From positions 57,239-121,238 of the IMG/VR virus record IMGVR_UViG_3300042691_013609: 64,000 nucleotides of DNA; one strand, 5' to 3'. A program made the position numbers and the translations under genes. Origin of the DNA: a virus. Below the pieces are notes generated by a model that ran no database searches, was not told the DNA's origin, and was given only the letters and a program-made list of their open reading frames with translations. Below are positions 1 through 8,793 of the stretch, in pieces. Positions within the stretch are counted from its first letter, which is position 1. Each line of letters opens with the position of its first letter.

Positions 1-148
1 TGTCCCCTTCTTCTTCACGTATTAAATCCATGAACATCTGTTCTGCATCTACAATTACATCAGATGATTTTTCCTCGTCAGTAATTATGTAGGAGTATGA
101 TTCACTAATCATACCCCTATCAGTTTTTAAAACGTTGATTATTCTCAT
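1..148 (-). CDS. Hypothetical protein (partial, runs off the left end)
   Basis: ATG at 148 just after the stop of 151..423; open frame MRIINVLKTDRGMIS... Confidence 0.55.
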   Translation of the reverse strand, partial: MRIINVLKTDRGMISESYSYIITDEEKSSDVIVDAEQMFMDLIREEEGD

Positions 149-150
149 AT

Positions 151-423
151 CTATTTTAATTTATCATCTAAGAAATCTTCCAATAAATCAAAGAACTCTC
201 CGTCTTCTAAAGGAAGATCTCTTGTAGCGAGAAAATGTTCAAACTCAAATGTCAAGTCTTCGGCTAATTCGTAGAGACCACCTATACCTTGCATGGTATC
301 AATCGTAATTATTTTATCAGAGGTCTCAGCGTTGCTCATAATATAAGACGCTATTTCAAAATGTGTTTCTAATAAATTAGACAGACCTCTTGGTGTTTGA
401 ATGTGTTGTGTTATTTGCTGCAT
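151..423 (-). CDS. Hypothetical acidic phage protein
   Basis: 90-aa ORF in a tightly packed minus-strand run, AT-rich leader. Confidence 0.7.
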   Translation of the reverse strand: MQQITQHIQTPRGLSNLLETHFEIASYIMSNAETSDKIITIDTMQGIGGLYELAEDLTFEFEHFLATRDLPLEDGEFFDLLEDFLDDKLK

Positions 424-437
424 TGTATTTATTTTAA

Positions 438-647
438 TTAATAAGATACTATTATTTCATCTGAGTCTAAGTACATTTCATATGGAGCATTGGCGTATGC
501 CTTATCAATCATATCTTGTATGTCTTTGTCAGCGTCTATGTAAGGTACAATATCATTGTCGTTAAGGTTATTAGGTACTTCTACGATAAGTTCTATCTCC
601 TTAAAGAACTTTACTATACCTGTCAATTTGATTTGTCTTGTTTCCAT
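438..647 (-). CDS. Hypothetical protein
   Basis: 69-aa ORF, operon packing. Confidence 0.65.
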   Translation of the reverse strand: METRQIKLTGIVKFFKEIELIVEVPNNLNDNDIVPYIDADKDIQDMIDKAYANAPYEMYLDSDEIIVSY

Positions 648-653
648 TTTAAT

Positions 654-929
654 TTAATTTTCTTTTGTGTATAAAACATAAGATACAAATACCCCAGACA
701 ATGATAAGTCATTGTTTAAGTCATCCATAAAGTCAGATATCCTTTCGACTGATATATAATCCTCATTGATATCGCTAAACTCTCTTTGAATCATATCCTT
801 AACATACCATTGACCAGACCCTTCGTAGTCGGGCGGTGATGTGAAGACACTATTCTCCAACTTTTCGCATACCTTACGTGCGTTATGGTAGAATACCCTT
901 ATTAATACTATAAATATTTCGTGTTTCAT
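654..929 (-). CDS. Hypothetical protein (start reassigned to MKHEI)
   Basis: ATG at 929 avoids overlap with the upstream gene and has an A-rich leader. Confidence 0.65.
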   Translation of the reverse strand: MKHEIFIVLIRVFYHNARKVCEKLENSVFTSPPDYEGSGQWYVKDMIQREFSDINEDYISVERISDFMDDLNNDLSLSGVFVSYVLYTKEN

Positions 930-940
930 TTTAATTTGTT

Positions 941-1414
941 TTACCAAGATGCTAAATAAGTATAGCCAACCCATACATCATCGTCTTCGTCAATGTCATC
1001 AATCTCATTCTGCAATATATCTATTGTGAACTCTACATCTTTAATATAAAATTCATCAACCTCTTGACCGCCAAAAAAGAAACCAGCGACAGGTGGCATC
1101 AACTCCTCAGCACACGCATAGTTTGCGTCACGTATCGCGATAAGCATATCAAGTATGTTTGTCAAGTCTTCCTTTGTAAGTCGTACCTCTTGGCAATTGT
1201 CTACTTGATTTGCAAAGTTCTCAATTATATATCCGTGTAGTGCGTTGAACTTTCTCCAATAGGCTACCTCTTCTTTGATGTAGGCTACTCTTTCTGGTTT
1301 AATCTTTGTGGCATGACCACCTCTTTTTACATCAACATCAAATCTCTCTTCTTTAGAAGAGAACGACCAATTCTTTACGTAAGTTTGTTTGTATAAATAC
1401 ATATCAAGTCCCAT
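941..1414 (-). CDS. Conserved phage protein of unknown function (MGLDMYL...YWRK.N.LHG family)
   Basis: Motifs MGLDMYL, EVAYWRKFNALHG, VDNC, GFFFG and terminal Y.ASW are typical of a widespread phage family. Confidence 0.75.
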   Translation of the reverse strand: MGLDMYLYKQTYVKNWSFSSKEERFDVDVKRGGHATKIKPERVAYIKEEVAYWRKFNALHGYIIENFANQVDNCQEVRLTKEDLTNILDMLIAIRDANYACAEELMPPVAGFFFGGQEVDEFYIKDVEFTIDILQNEIDDIDEDDDVWVGYTYLASW

Positions 1415-1416
1415 AA

Positions 1417-1617
1417 TTATTTATTTAATAAGTTAATATAATTGTTTGCCTCCTCTTGAGACCTAAACTGACCTATGCTTTCAACTATCTTCTCGTTGTA
1501 AACCTCGACCAACTCGTACCAAAAGTGATTGTACCTTGAATGAATAATTCTGTACTCTCCTTGTTTGTTTGTCTTTACTGCTTCCATATCATACAAATAA
1601 TTGTTCACAATATTCAT
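1417..1617 (-). CDS. Hypothetical protein
   Basis: Short ORF in operon; start may be the downstream MEAVK. Confidence 0.55.
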   Translation of the reverse strand: MNIVNNYLYDMEAVKTNKQGEYRIIHSRYNHFWYELVEVYNEKIVESIGQFRSQEEANNYINLLNK

Positions 1618-1786
1618 CGAACTCTTGTTCGGTACAGCAGGACAGGTACTCTTTCTCTTCGGTTGCTTCAGAACTTGTATTCCAATTTGTTATCTCCAAA
1701 TCAGTAAGCCTTATAACGGCTGTGTAGTTATTCCAAATCTCTTGGAAGAATTGAAACTTGTTTGTCTCTCTAATTAAGTGTGTCAT
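1589..1786 (-). CDS. Hypothetical protein
   Basis: First ORF downstream of the promoter at 1832-1862. Confidence 0.6.
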   Translation of the reverse strand: MTHLIRETNKFQFFQEIWNNYTAVIRLTDLEITNWNTSSEATEEKEYLSCCTEQEFDEYCEQLFV

Positions 1787-1831
1787 AATAAATATTTAAT
1801 CGTTAAAGAATTCGCTCTCATTTATGAGCCA

Positions 1832-1862
1832 CAAAGATAATATAACTAAAGCAATTAACAAA
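1832..1862 (-). promoter_or_regulatory. Bacteroidota primary-sigma promoter (-33 TTTG, 19 nt, -7 TATCTTTG)
   Basis: Plus strand CAAAGATA at 1832-1839 and CAAA at 1859-1862, 19-nt spacer. Confidence 0.75.
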
Positions 1863-1886
1863 ATAATCATTGGAATATTTTTAGTT

Positions 1887-2129
1887 TCAAGGAATAAGTA
1901 ACTCATCAATGTGACCAACCACGTTACATTCTAAATCAAATACTGCATTCATAACAGATGAATCTGTGTACCATCGCTTAACGAACCTAACTAAGTCACT
2001 ATGGGATACCCTCTCTTGGGTAGTGAATGAAGCAAAGTCATCTGCTAACTTTTCATTGTCTCTATCTAAAAAGTGTTTCAATACATCGGATGAGAAGTAA
2101 TAAGTCTCTGAAAATATTTTATGTGCCAT
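1887..2129 (-). CDS. Hypothetical protein
   Basis: 80-aa ORF with AT-rich leader. Confidence 0.6.
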   Translation of the reverse strand: MAHKIFSETYYFSSDVLKHFLDRDNEKLADDFASFTTQERVSHSDLVRFVKRWYTDSSVMNAVFDLECNVVGHIDELLIP

Positions 2130-2225
2130 GTTAAATTATTTTATTAGTTAAAAAATATTGTGCGTTATTGTTTGAGTGTATAACTCTGTACTCGCCTTGC
2201 TTGTTTTTTTTCATATCCATTGTAT

Positions 2226-2666
2226 TTAACTAAACATATACTCACCGAAAAGAATGTACTGCAACAGAACGTCGCAGTCCTCAGCATCAGACTCTTCATG
2301 ATACACCCTATCGAATGCTAATTGGAATGCATCGCTTGGTTCTTCTTCTAAGAATTTCCACAAGGCTTTCTCTACTACATCTAAGGTAAGGGGGGTTATT
2401 TGCACATCGAAACCTTCTTTGAGTACAAACTTTATATCGCCACCTGCAATAATCATCTCAGCATATATACACTCAAGCGTTTGGTCTAATTTTTGTTTCG
2501 CCAATCGAGACCTTGCTTCTCTATACTTCTCCTTGTCCCAATCAATATAGAATCCATACGCACTAAAGTAATAGATGCCATCTGAAAGAATGGTGGAAAT
2601 AAAATCTCTATAAGAGATCGTAACTTCCTTACAGATACGGAACGTTCCGTTGTGTGTGTTTGTCAT
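2226..2666 (-). CDS. Hypothetical protein, paralogue of 2687..3097
   Basis: Shares MTNT start, G.YYFS.YG and C-terminal DAE.CDV.LQ..L.G. Confidence 0.75.
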   Translation of the reverse strand: MTNTHNGTFRICKEVTISYRDFISTILSDGIYYFSAYGFYIDWDKEKYREARSRLAKQKLDQTLECIYAEMIIAGGDIKFVLKEGFDVQITPLTLDVVEKALWKFLEEEPSDAFQLAFDRVYHEESDAEDCDVLLQYILFGEYMFS

Positions 2667-2686
2667 TGTGTTTGTTTTTAATTAGG

Positions 2687-3097
2687 TTAACCAAATATAA
2701 TATCTCCATAAAGAATACATTGCAGTATTACATCACACGTCTCAGCATCGTCCTCCTCTGCTAAGAGAGTGTCTACTGCATTGGTAAAAGTGGGGTTGAC
2801 CCCATACAAGTTCTTTAAACCATCTTCAACAGATTGTAGCGTTAGGTCTGCGTTCATCTCACCATCACCCTCTATGTCATCAAAATGTAACGTATAACCA
2901 TCAATAATCATTTGAGTTAATACATCCTCCCATGCTGGGTCTGAAAGTGTAGAACTTTCTTTTGTAAGTTCATAACCCTTTCGGCTATAGTTTAACTGAA
3001 TGCCGTATCCGGAAAAGTAATACATACCATTACATAGTAAGTTGCAGATAAATTCTCTGATGTGAGGGGTCTTATCTATTTGAAGTGTGTTTGTCAT
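2687..3097 (-). CDS. Hypothetical protein, paralogue of 2226..2666
   Basis: Same motifs as its neighbour. Confidence 0.75.
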   Translation of the reverse strand: MTNTLQIDKTPHIREFICNLLCNGMYYFSGYGIQLNYSRKGYELTKESSTLSDPAWEDVLTQMIIDGYTLHFDDIEGDGEMNADLTLQSVEDGLKNLYGVNPTFTNAVDTLLAEEDDAETCDVILQCILYGDIIFG

Positions 3098-3123
3098 TGT
3101 GTTTTATTTATTTGATTAATTAA

Positions 3124-3684
3124 TTACTTAATGAATTCTCTATAAAATTTCGTAAACCTCTGCACGAATCTATCGTTAGCAAACAAATCAGATAACGTTG
3201 GTGCAACGATATTGCAATAATTTCTTTCCTCCTGCACTACTCTGTAAGTTCCGTCTAATACGACGTATGTCTCCCCATTATCAGCAGTGTACCTTTTGCC
3301 GTGAGCATAGTACTTTATTACTAAAAATGAAGTGTCAGACTTGCCCTTTATTATTATTTTTCCAAGAATGTTGTCTCTTTCGTAATCCGGAAGACCTTTC
3401 CATTCGTCATCTAACCATATGCTTAATTCGATTTGCATTGTTGGCGGCATATCTTGCTTGAGCAAATTGAAATCTGTTTCAAGTAACTCTACCAATGGTT
3501 TAACCATTGACTTATTTATTATCCTTGCCTCCTCTATCTGCGCTTTAGAACGCTGATTGTCGGCATCTAAAACTGAGATATCGAAAAAGTTGAAAGACTT
3601 GTTTGCAAAGTTTCTTTGCTCGTTGAAAGACAAGAACTCTTGTGTAATTGAGTTAATAATTTCTTGTTGATTCTGTGTTAACAT
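3124..3684 (-). CDS. Hypothetical protein
   Basis: 186-aa ORF co-oriented with the region. Confidence 0.7.
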   Translation of the reverse strand: MLTQNQQEIINSITQEFLSFNEQRNFANKSFNFFDISVLDADNQRSKAQIEEARIINKSMVKPLVELLETDFNLLKQDMPPTMQIELSIWLDDEWKGLPDYERDNILGKIIIKGKSDTSFLVIKYYAHGKRYTADNGETYVVLDGTYRVVQEERNYCNIVAPTLSDLFANDRFVQRFTKFYREFIK

Positions 3685-3807
3685 TTTAATTATATTTAAT
3701 TGTTTAATAAAATTAATTTTAAGGTACTTGCGGTGCGTTCTGTTGGACTTTCTCCTATCAAGTGGTACTTGGTATCATATAATAAAAGAAAGTCCATTAG
3801 AATCGAT

Positions 3808-4023
3808 TTAAAAAGCCATCTCTCTTTTTGCTTTTTTATCTGCAAGATAAAGTTCTTTATGTGCTTTAGACCAATAGGCGTGACCCTCAATGGTATCACC
3901 CCATATGAAAGCCTCTTCCAATGTCTTCTGATAAATAGATAACTCAGTTAATCCTGGGCGTTGTTCCAAAGCGTTGGCTATTGCTCTGTGTCTGAGTACG
4001 AGTGGGAGTTTTGCAATTGTCAT
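3808..4023 (-). CDS. Small phage protein with AFxWxxTxEGHxYW motif
   Basis: LEEAFIWGDTIEGHAYWSK; start lies just downstream of a palindrome copy. Confidence 0.65.
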   Translation of the reverse strand: MTIAKLPLVLRHRAIANALEQRPGLTELSIYQKTLEEAFIWGDTIEGHAYWSKAHKELYLADKKAKREMAF

Positions 4024-4074
4024 TTTGAAAAAGATTGTAGCAGTTACCTCCGAGGTAACTGCCGTGTTATAAAA

Positions 4075-4959
4075 TTAGTTTAGTTGTGCAAGTGCTGCGC
4101 TGAATGTGTTCTGTACCAATGTATTCACTGAAGAGTAAAGAAGTTTCTCCTCATTCTTATTCGACTTGTCATGTGTAGCGTACCTTGTGAACCCATTCAC
4201 AACAGAGAACAAGTTGTCGCCGGTATTACTCATCTCGATAGCCACACTTCTGTTGATTGCATCAAGCATTGTCCGTGACTGCGCACTCATGGTCTTGTAA
4301 TCCTTTGCTGAAAGACCTGTTACTTTCTTAATGAAAGAATCAAGTTCATTACTATCGATCCTCAATGATGCCATGCGCCCGAAGTCTATAAGGAACTCAT
4401 TGTTCTTTTCTATGGTGTTGGCAATGTACCCACACAGATTATAAATCTTCATGTGGTTATTAGTGGTGTTCTTGAATGACATAACTTGTGAGTGGGGCGA
4501 AGATGCACCATTACTGCACCAAAGTCTGTACATATACTCTGTAATGGATGTCTTGGTAAGTCCGTCAAATCCAGTTCTGAATTCAAGTCTACGCTTTATC
4601 ACATCTCCAACCATAGGTGAACCTTTTATCTCGGTAGTTGGTAGTGCCAATGTGAATGCCACCTTCTTGCCACCATGGTATTCTTTAAAGTCCAAAGTTG
4701 AAAGATCGATATTCACATCACAACTCATAACAGACTGCACAATACTCTCAAGCATTATCTCAAGATTCATTGGTGAATATCTGCTGCCGACTACGCCAAG
4801 AGCAGCACCGCCTGAGTTCTTATACACACCGAATGCATCAGGGCTATCGAACATCTCGTTGCCAGTGTGTAGTTGGATAAGTTTAGGTTCAAACAACTTC
4901 TCTCTTACTGCTTCGATGTTGTCGAACTCTCTTTCGATTTGATTTAAAATGTTACTCAT
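4075..4959 (-). CDS. DUF932-like protein
   Basis: LGVVGSRYSP, FDG, RLWCSNG motifs and late N.FT..ATH; about 290 aa. Confidence 0.7.
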   Translation of the reverse strand: MSNILNQIEREFDNIEAVREKLFEPKLIQLHTGNEMFDSPDAFGVYKNSGGAALGVVGSRYSPMNLEIMLESIVQSVMSCDVNIDLSTLDFKEYHGGKKVAFTLALPTTEIKGSPMVGDVIKRRLEFRTGFDGLTKTSITEYMYRLWCSNGASSPHSQVMSFKNTTNNHMKIYNLCGYIANTIEKNNEFLIDFGRMASLRIDSNELDSFIKKVTGLSAKDYKTMSAQSRTMLDAINRSVAIEMSNTGDNLFSVVNGFTRYATHDKSNKNEEKLLYSSVNTLVQNTFSAALAQLN

Positions 4960-5020
4960 TTGTTTGATGTTTTAGATTTAAGAATAATTGCTACAATAAT
5001 TAAGATTAAAAGATAGATGT

Positions 5021-5281
5021 TCATGGCGTGTCTTGTATTACGATTGCGTTTGATTTAATCATGCCCCACACTTTAGATACTGCTGAGTTCCAATTGGTTC
5101 TCAGTTTAGATGCAAGTTCTCTTACCTTGCCGAGATAGTTACGAAACCAAATGATTACCTTCCACGCCCAAAGCAGATGGAAGATAGACACCATGTCGTT
5201 TCCAAACTTATCCTTCTTTCCGTACAATGATATGGTTTCCTTTGCGTAATGCACATCCACCATGCTATAAAAGTTTTTCAT
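5021..5281 (-). CDS. Hypothetical protein
   Basis: 86-aa ORF co-oriented with the region. Confidence 0.5.
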   Translation of the reverse strand: MKNFYSMVDVHYAKETISLYGKKDKFGNDMVSIFHLLWAWKVIIWFRNYLGKVRELASKLRTNWNSAVSKVWGMIKSNAIVIQDTP

Positions 5282-5309
5282 GCTAATTGATTTTTAAATT
5301 ATTGATTAT

Positions 5310-5350
5310 CAGTTCATTCTAAAATTGAGCAGTATAAATAAACTCAGGGT
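5310..5350. repeat. 41-bp exact direct repeat, copy 1 (copy 2 at 19383-19423)
   Basis: CAGTTCATTCTAAAATTGAGCAGTATAAATAAACTCAGGGT identical at both sites. Confidence 0.95.
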
Positions 5351-5352
5351 GT

Positions 5353-5448
5353 TTATATATAGTATAATATGTATGCTATACAACATAGTGTATATAATAA
5401 AGCAATAGTAATAAAAGCACCCATCTGAATTAAAGATTTGTTTTCCAT
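5353..5448 (-). CDS. Putative 31-aa membrane peptide (not in the ORF track)
   Basis: MENKSLIQMGAFITIALLYTLCCIAYILYYI*; hydrophobic and fills a gap. Confidence 0.4.
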   Translation of the reverse strand: MENKSLIQMGAFITIALLYTLCCIAYILYYI

Positions 5449-5474
5449 GTTGATTATATTTAATGATTAATAAA

Positions 5475-5702
5475 TTAAAATTGCGCTAAGAACTGCTGCT
5501 TTGCAGGGATACGTACTCTTTTCTTTTGCGTTTTCCTACCCTTACACGCATTGAAAACCATTGTGCTGCTATCCCATACTCCATTCAACTCACGTTGTTT
5601 CTGTTTAACCAATAGGTTGAATGGTTTCCAATCACTCTCCCATGGTTGTGGGTAGTACCCTAATTCGTAGACTGCCATCTCTTCTGCTAATGAAAGTTTC
5701 AT
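5475..5702 (-). CDS. Hypothetical protein
   Basis: First ORF after promoter and palindrome. Confidence 0.6.
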   Translation of the reverse strand: MKLSLAEEMAVYELGYYPQPWESDWKPFNLLVKQKQRELNGVWDSSTMVFNACKGRKTQKKRVRIPAKQQFLAQF

Positions 5703-5763
5703 ATCTTGTTTTAGTTTGCGGCAGTTACCTCCGAGGTAACTACCCTTGTTATAAAATGATATA

Positions 5764-5771
5764 CAAATATA
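5764..5771 (-). promoter_or_regulatory. Bacteroidota -7 element TATATTTG
   Basis: CAAATATA on the plus strand, within an AT-rich cassette shared with 7325 and 9283. Confidence 0.6.
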
Positions 5772-5837
5772 AGTGAATTAATTTAATTAAAAAAGTTCCT
5801 ATTGATTTATTTTGTAGCCTGCCGGAATAATTTCAGA

Positions 5838-6107
5838 CTACCTATTCCAATTGATTTCACCACACTTAATACAGACTATGTTATCTTCCTTTACCATTCT
5901 GTACCCAGACTTGCACCACAATGTAATGAGACCTTTTGATTCGGGGTTAAACTTCAACCCACCGCCCTTCACATCTTTCCTTACCCCAGTTCTGAACACT
6001 CGTGTGACCTGCTCTCCTTTCGCACCACTCTTTGAGTCAGTGCTTCTTTCAAATGTCACCGATACAAACCTTCCGTTTGTCTGTTTGATTACTTCTCTTG
6101 CTTTCAT
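5838..6107 (-). CDS. Conserved small basic phage protein (start MKAREV)
   Basis: GRFVSVTF...R...TGVRK.VKG pattern common in phages. Confidence 0.65.
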   Translation of the reverse strand: MKAREVIKQTNGRFVSVTFERSTDSKSGAKGEQVTRVFRTGVRKDVKGGGLKFNPESKGLITLWCKSGYRMVKEDNIVCIKCGEINWNR

Positions 6108-6217
6108 ATGTTTAAAATTTGGTGGTTTATCTGCCATCTGCTGCACTTTATTGGCGCAGATGGACAGACACCCCACAGGTTAAATAATAATTCGTTACAA
6201 CGTATCTAATGAGGTCA

Positions 6218-6892
6218 TTACAAATCGACCACAAATCCAGACTTGTCTTGCTTCGCCTTACCCTTGGCAACCAAGCCTATAATGACACCCGATTCGTCCA
6301 AGAATCTTGTATCTGATTCGTCACCATCGATTACTTTGTAACCCCAAAAGGTTTCCGGCAATCTGTTTCTGAACACTACCGCCACGTTGACCCCATTGGA
6401 TAACATCTCTTTACAGATGTCATCGTTGTCTTCGCTCCGACTGAACGTGACATGGTAGTTAGGTACGTTCTTCGATGACCTTGCGAAGTTAGGATTCTTT
6501 GTGTAGTCATACCACACTATAGATGGGAACTTCCCATTCATCTTCTTTATGTACGGCATCCAGTTCAGATCGGACGTACCATTCAATCTGATGGCAAGTT
6601 TCTGATGCTTTCTTGAATGCTTTTCTATCTCAGATGTGAGGTTCACCATGAACCCTACCCTATCCTTCACATAGTGTAGTGTTCGGTTGACCCTTGTCTG
6701 CTGAACGTTTGTAAACTTACCACGACCTGCCGTGTTAAGACACGCAGCCTTGCATCCTGCCGATGCATTAGGGCATACGTTGTACCCGCTTTCGTCAGCG
6801 GGTGCAAGGTACATGATGAAGTTTTCGTAGTCAGAATACTTGTCTGACTTGTCTATCTTTGCTGACTTGCCTAATAAATATCCGTATTTCAT
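6218..6892 (-). CDS. GP88-like Cys-motif phage protein
   Basis: VCPNASAGCKAACLNTAGRG, IRLNGTSD, YDYTK, DGD.SD.RFLD. Confidence 0.7.
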   Translation of the reverse strand: MKYGYLLGKSAKIDKSDKYSDYENFIMYLAPADESGYNVCPNASAGCKAACLNTAGRGKFTNVQQTRVNRTLHYVKDRVGFMVNLTSEIEKHSRKHQKLAIRLNGTSDLNWMPYIKKMNGKFPSIVWYDYTKNPNFARSSKNVPNYHVTFSRSEDNDDICKEMLSNGVNVAVVFRNRLPETFWGYKVIDGDESDTRFLDESGVIIGLVAKGKAKQDKSGFVVDL

Positions 6893-6900
6893 GGCAAATA

Positions 6901-7233
6901 TTATTTTGTAGGGTAAGCAAATGCGGTTCTTTCATTCTTCCAAAAGACTACAATGCCGTCTTGTTGTTCGACCCTCTGTACAATCTTTTGTGTTGCTCCA
7001 TCAACCCAAACGTTGCTACCTTCTATTCGGTAAAACTCTTGGATAGATGTTTGTGATACACGGAATGCAACTACATCTGCACACACTTGAGTGTAGATGC
7101 ATTCTTTCTTTGTTACTTTGCCGTCCTTCGATTCACTCTGCTTGAATGAATGTCTTTGAATGGTATTGCAGTCTGACTGCGCTGACAATGTGGTTACCGC
7201 GAATAAGAATGCGGTGATAAGAATGTTTCTCAT
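6901..7233 (-). CDS. Exported protein with signal peptide
   Basis: MRNILITAFLFAVTTLSA/Q, Bacteroidota-type signal peptide with Q at +1. Confidence 0.65.
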   Translation of the reverse strand: MRNILITAFLFAVTTLSAQSDCNTIQRHSFKQSESKDGKVTKKECIYTQVCADVVAFRVSQTSIQEFYRIEGSNVWVDGATQKIVQRVEQQDGIVVFWKNERTAFAYPTK

Positions 7234-7324
7234 AAGATAATATTTGATAAGGTTTAAAAATTGTTTTGAGTAGTTACCTCCGAGGTAACTGCGACATCTC
7301 TTTCTGATGTTGCCGTTAACACTA

Positions 7325-7332
7325 CAAAGATA
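7325..7332 (-). promoter_or_regulatory. Bacteroidota -7 element TATCTTTG
   Basis: CAAAGATA; cassette homologous to 9256-9335. Confidence 0.65.
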
Positions 7333-7394
7333 AGCAATATTTTTTTAACTAAAAAATTCTTGGCTAATTATTTTCGGTTCTGATGGGAATAATT

Positions 7395-7619
7395 TTAGAT
7401 ACCATTTCTGTAGCAGAAATTGTCGTAGTACGCATCCTCTTCCGCACTGATATACGATCTGGTATCTGATGCTTCTTTTTCTTCTCTATATTTTTTGGAT
7501 GCCGAGCAGTATGCCTTCTTAGTATGGAAGCAATACCAAATGTCGTGACCTTTCATGATGAATGTGTCTGTCTCTGCGCACAGAGAACCTATCTTTGACT
7601 TCATAAATTTACCACTCAT
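7395..7619 (-). CDS. Hypothetical protein
   Basis: 74-aa ORF between a palindrome and a promoter. Confidence 0.6.
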   Translation of the reverse strand: MSGKFMKSKIGSLCAETDTFIMKGHDIWYCFHTKKAYCSASKKYREEKEASDTRSYISAEEDAYYDNFCYRNGI

Positions 7620-7684
7620 GGTTTATTGTTTTTTAGGTTAGATAAAAAAGGCAGTTACCTCCGAGGTAACTGCCCTATAAGAAT

Positions 7685-7933
7685 TTAGATTGCAAACATG
7701 AACACCCCAGGACTTACCTCGATTCTTTCCACTCTCATTCTTTTATTCTGTGCAACGACATCTAATGTGGCGTTGTACATTAGGGCTGCGTGTACTTCAT
7801 CATCTGGGTATCTTCTCCCGATGAAGTACTTCAGACTATTCATAGCCCTCTCCTGCTCCTGCTCAGTCTTTGCATTCTCCAACCTGCCTTTCCAATACAT
7901 AATCTTTTGCAGGTAACCGTCTTTTTGTCTCAT
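7685..7933 (-). CDS. Hypothetical protein
   Basis: 82-aa ORF with AT-rich leader. Confidence 0.6.
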   Translation of the reverse strand: MRQKDGYLQKIMYWKGRLENAKTEQEQERAMNSLKYFIGRRYPDDEVHAALMYNATLDVVAQNKRMRVERIEVSPGVFMFAI

Positions 7934-8127
7934 ACTAAAATAAATTTGAGGTTAAAAAATAAATTACAATTCTACGTCCTTATCAAACGGACGCTTGGTC
8001 TCTCTCCAAATGTAGGGTAAGTAGCATATACCCGCCACCCAAGAAACGATTTTTAAAACTAATACTACAGACATATCCATCGGTTTTGTGTAGTTACCTC
8101 CGAGGTAACTACGTTGTGAAAAAATAG

Positions 8128-8197
8128 TTGCCGTAGTTGGACTCGAACCAACACCCCACACCATACCATGTGTGTGGGTAACCTATATGCTACGGCA
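8128..8197 (-). ncRNA. tRNA-like element 1 (no D-stem)
   Basis: TGCCGTA-GCATATAGGTTA-CCCACAC-ACATGGTATG-GTGTGGG-GT-GTTGG-TTCGAGT-CCAAC-TACGGCA-A: acceptor stem, central arm and canonical T-arm. Confidence 0.7.
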
Positions 8198-8204
8198 AAT
8201 TCTG

Positions 8205-8585
8205 TTATACGGAGGCGAGAGATAGAGCATCCTCCACAGCATCCTCATAGGTGTCAAATACACCTAATACAGACACTACATTAGTGCCTTTTATAAGAAG
8301 AACACTATGCTTGTCACCTTCACCTGTCCACTGAACACATAAGAACTCATGCGCCTTCACGGCAGCACTTAATTCTTCAGCAGAAGTGATGCCTGTAAAT
8401 TCCTCAATGGTCTTAGTCCAAAACTGAAGACCGCTCCACAAATCAGAGGGTTCTGCACCCTCTACATATTGCAGAAGAGGGTAGAATCCTTCACACCCAT
8501 TGTTCTCAAGAAAGGATACTAAACCACAATGGTGGACATGAGATGTCATCTCAGACACTTTACCATTTACTAAATACTTTGCCAT
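8205..8585 (-). CDS. Hypothetical protein (start MAKYL)
   Basis: 126-aa ORF lying between the two tRNA-like elements. Confidence 0.65.
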   Translation of the reverse strand: MAKYLVNGKVSEMTSHVHHCGLVSFLENNGCEGFYPLLQYVEGAEPSDLWSGLQFWTKTIEEFTGITSAEELSAAVKAHEFLCVQWTGEGDKHSVLLIKGTNVVSVLGVFDTYEDAVEDALSLASV

Positions 8586-8644
8586 AATAAATAAAATTTG
8601 TGCAATGCCTTTATTGTTTACAGACATTGCGGGTTAATTAATAG

Positions 8645-8714
8645 TTGCCACAATGGGACTCGAACCCATACCACAAGCCATACCATGTGCGTGTGTATCC
8701 AATATGCTGTGGCA
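8645..8714 (-). ncRNA. tRNA-like element 2 (no D-stem)
   Basis: TGCCACA-GCATATTGGATA-CACACGC-ACATGGTATG-GCTTGTG-GT-ATGGG-TTCGAGT-CCCAT-TGTGGCA-A; same length as copy 1 with compensatory stem changes. Confidence 0.7.
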
Positions 8715-8793
8715 ATACCATTGAGTAGTTACCTCAGAAGTAACTACTCAGAACAGATTTAATGCCCGAGTAGTTACCTCCGAGGTAACTGGG

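Noticed and set aside
7964-8164. 66-aa ORF as listed in the track
   Set aside because: Its 5' half overlaps tRNA-like element 1 and a palindrome; at most a shorter peptide from MDMSV is real.
8128-8714. Calling the two elements ordinary tRNA-Thr/Pro genes or decayed pseudogenes
   Set aside because: They have no D-stem, a non-canonical central arm and no CCA, yet stem changes are compensatory, which argues against random decay.
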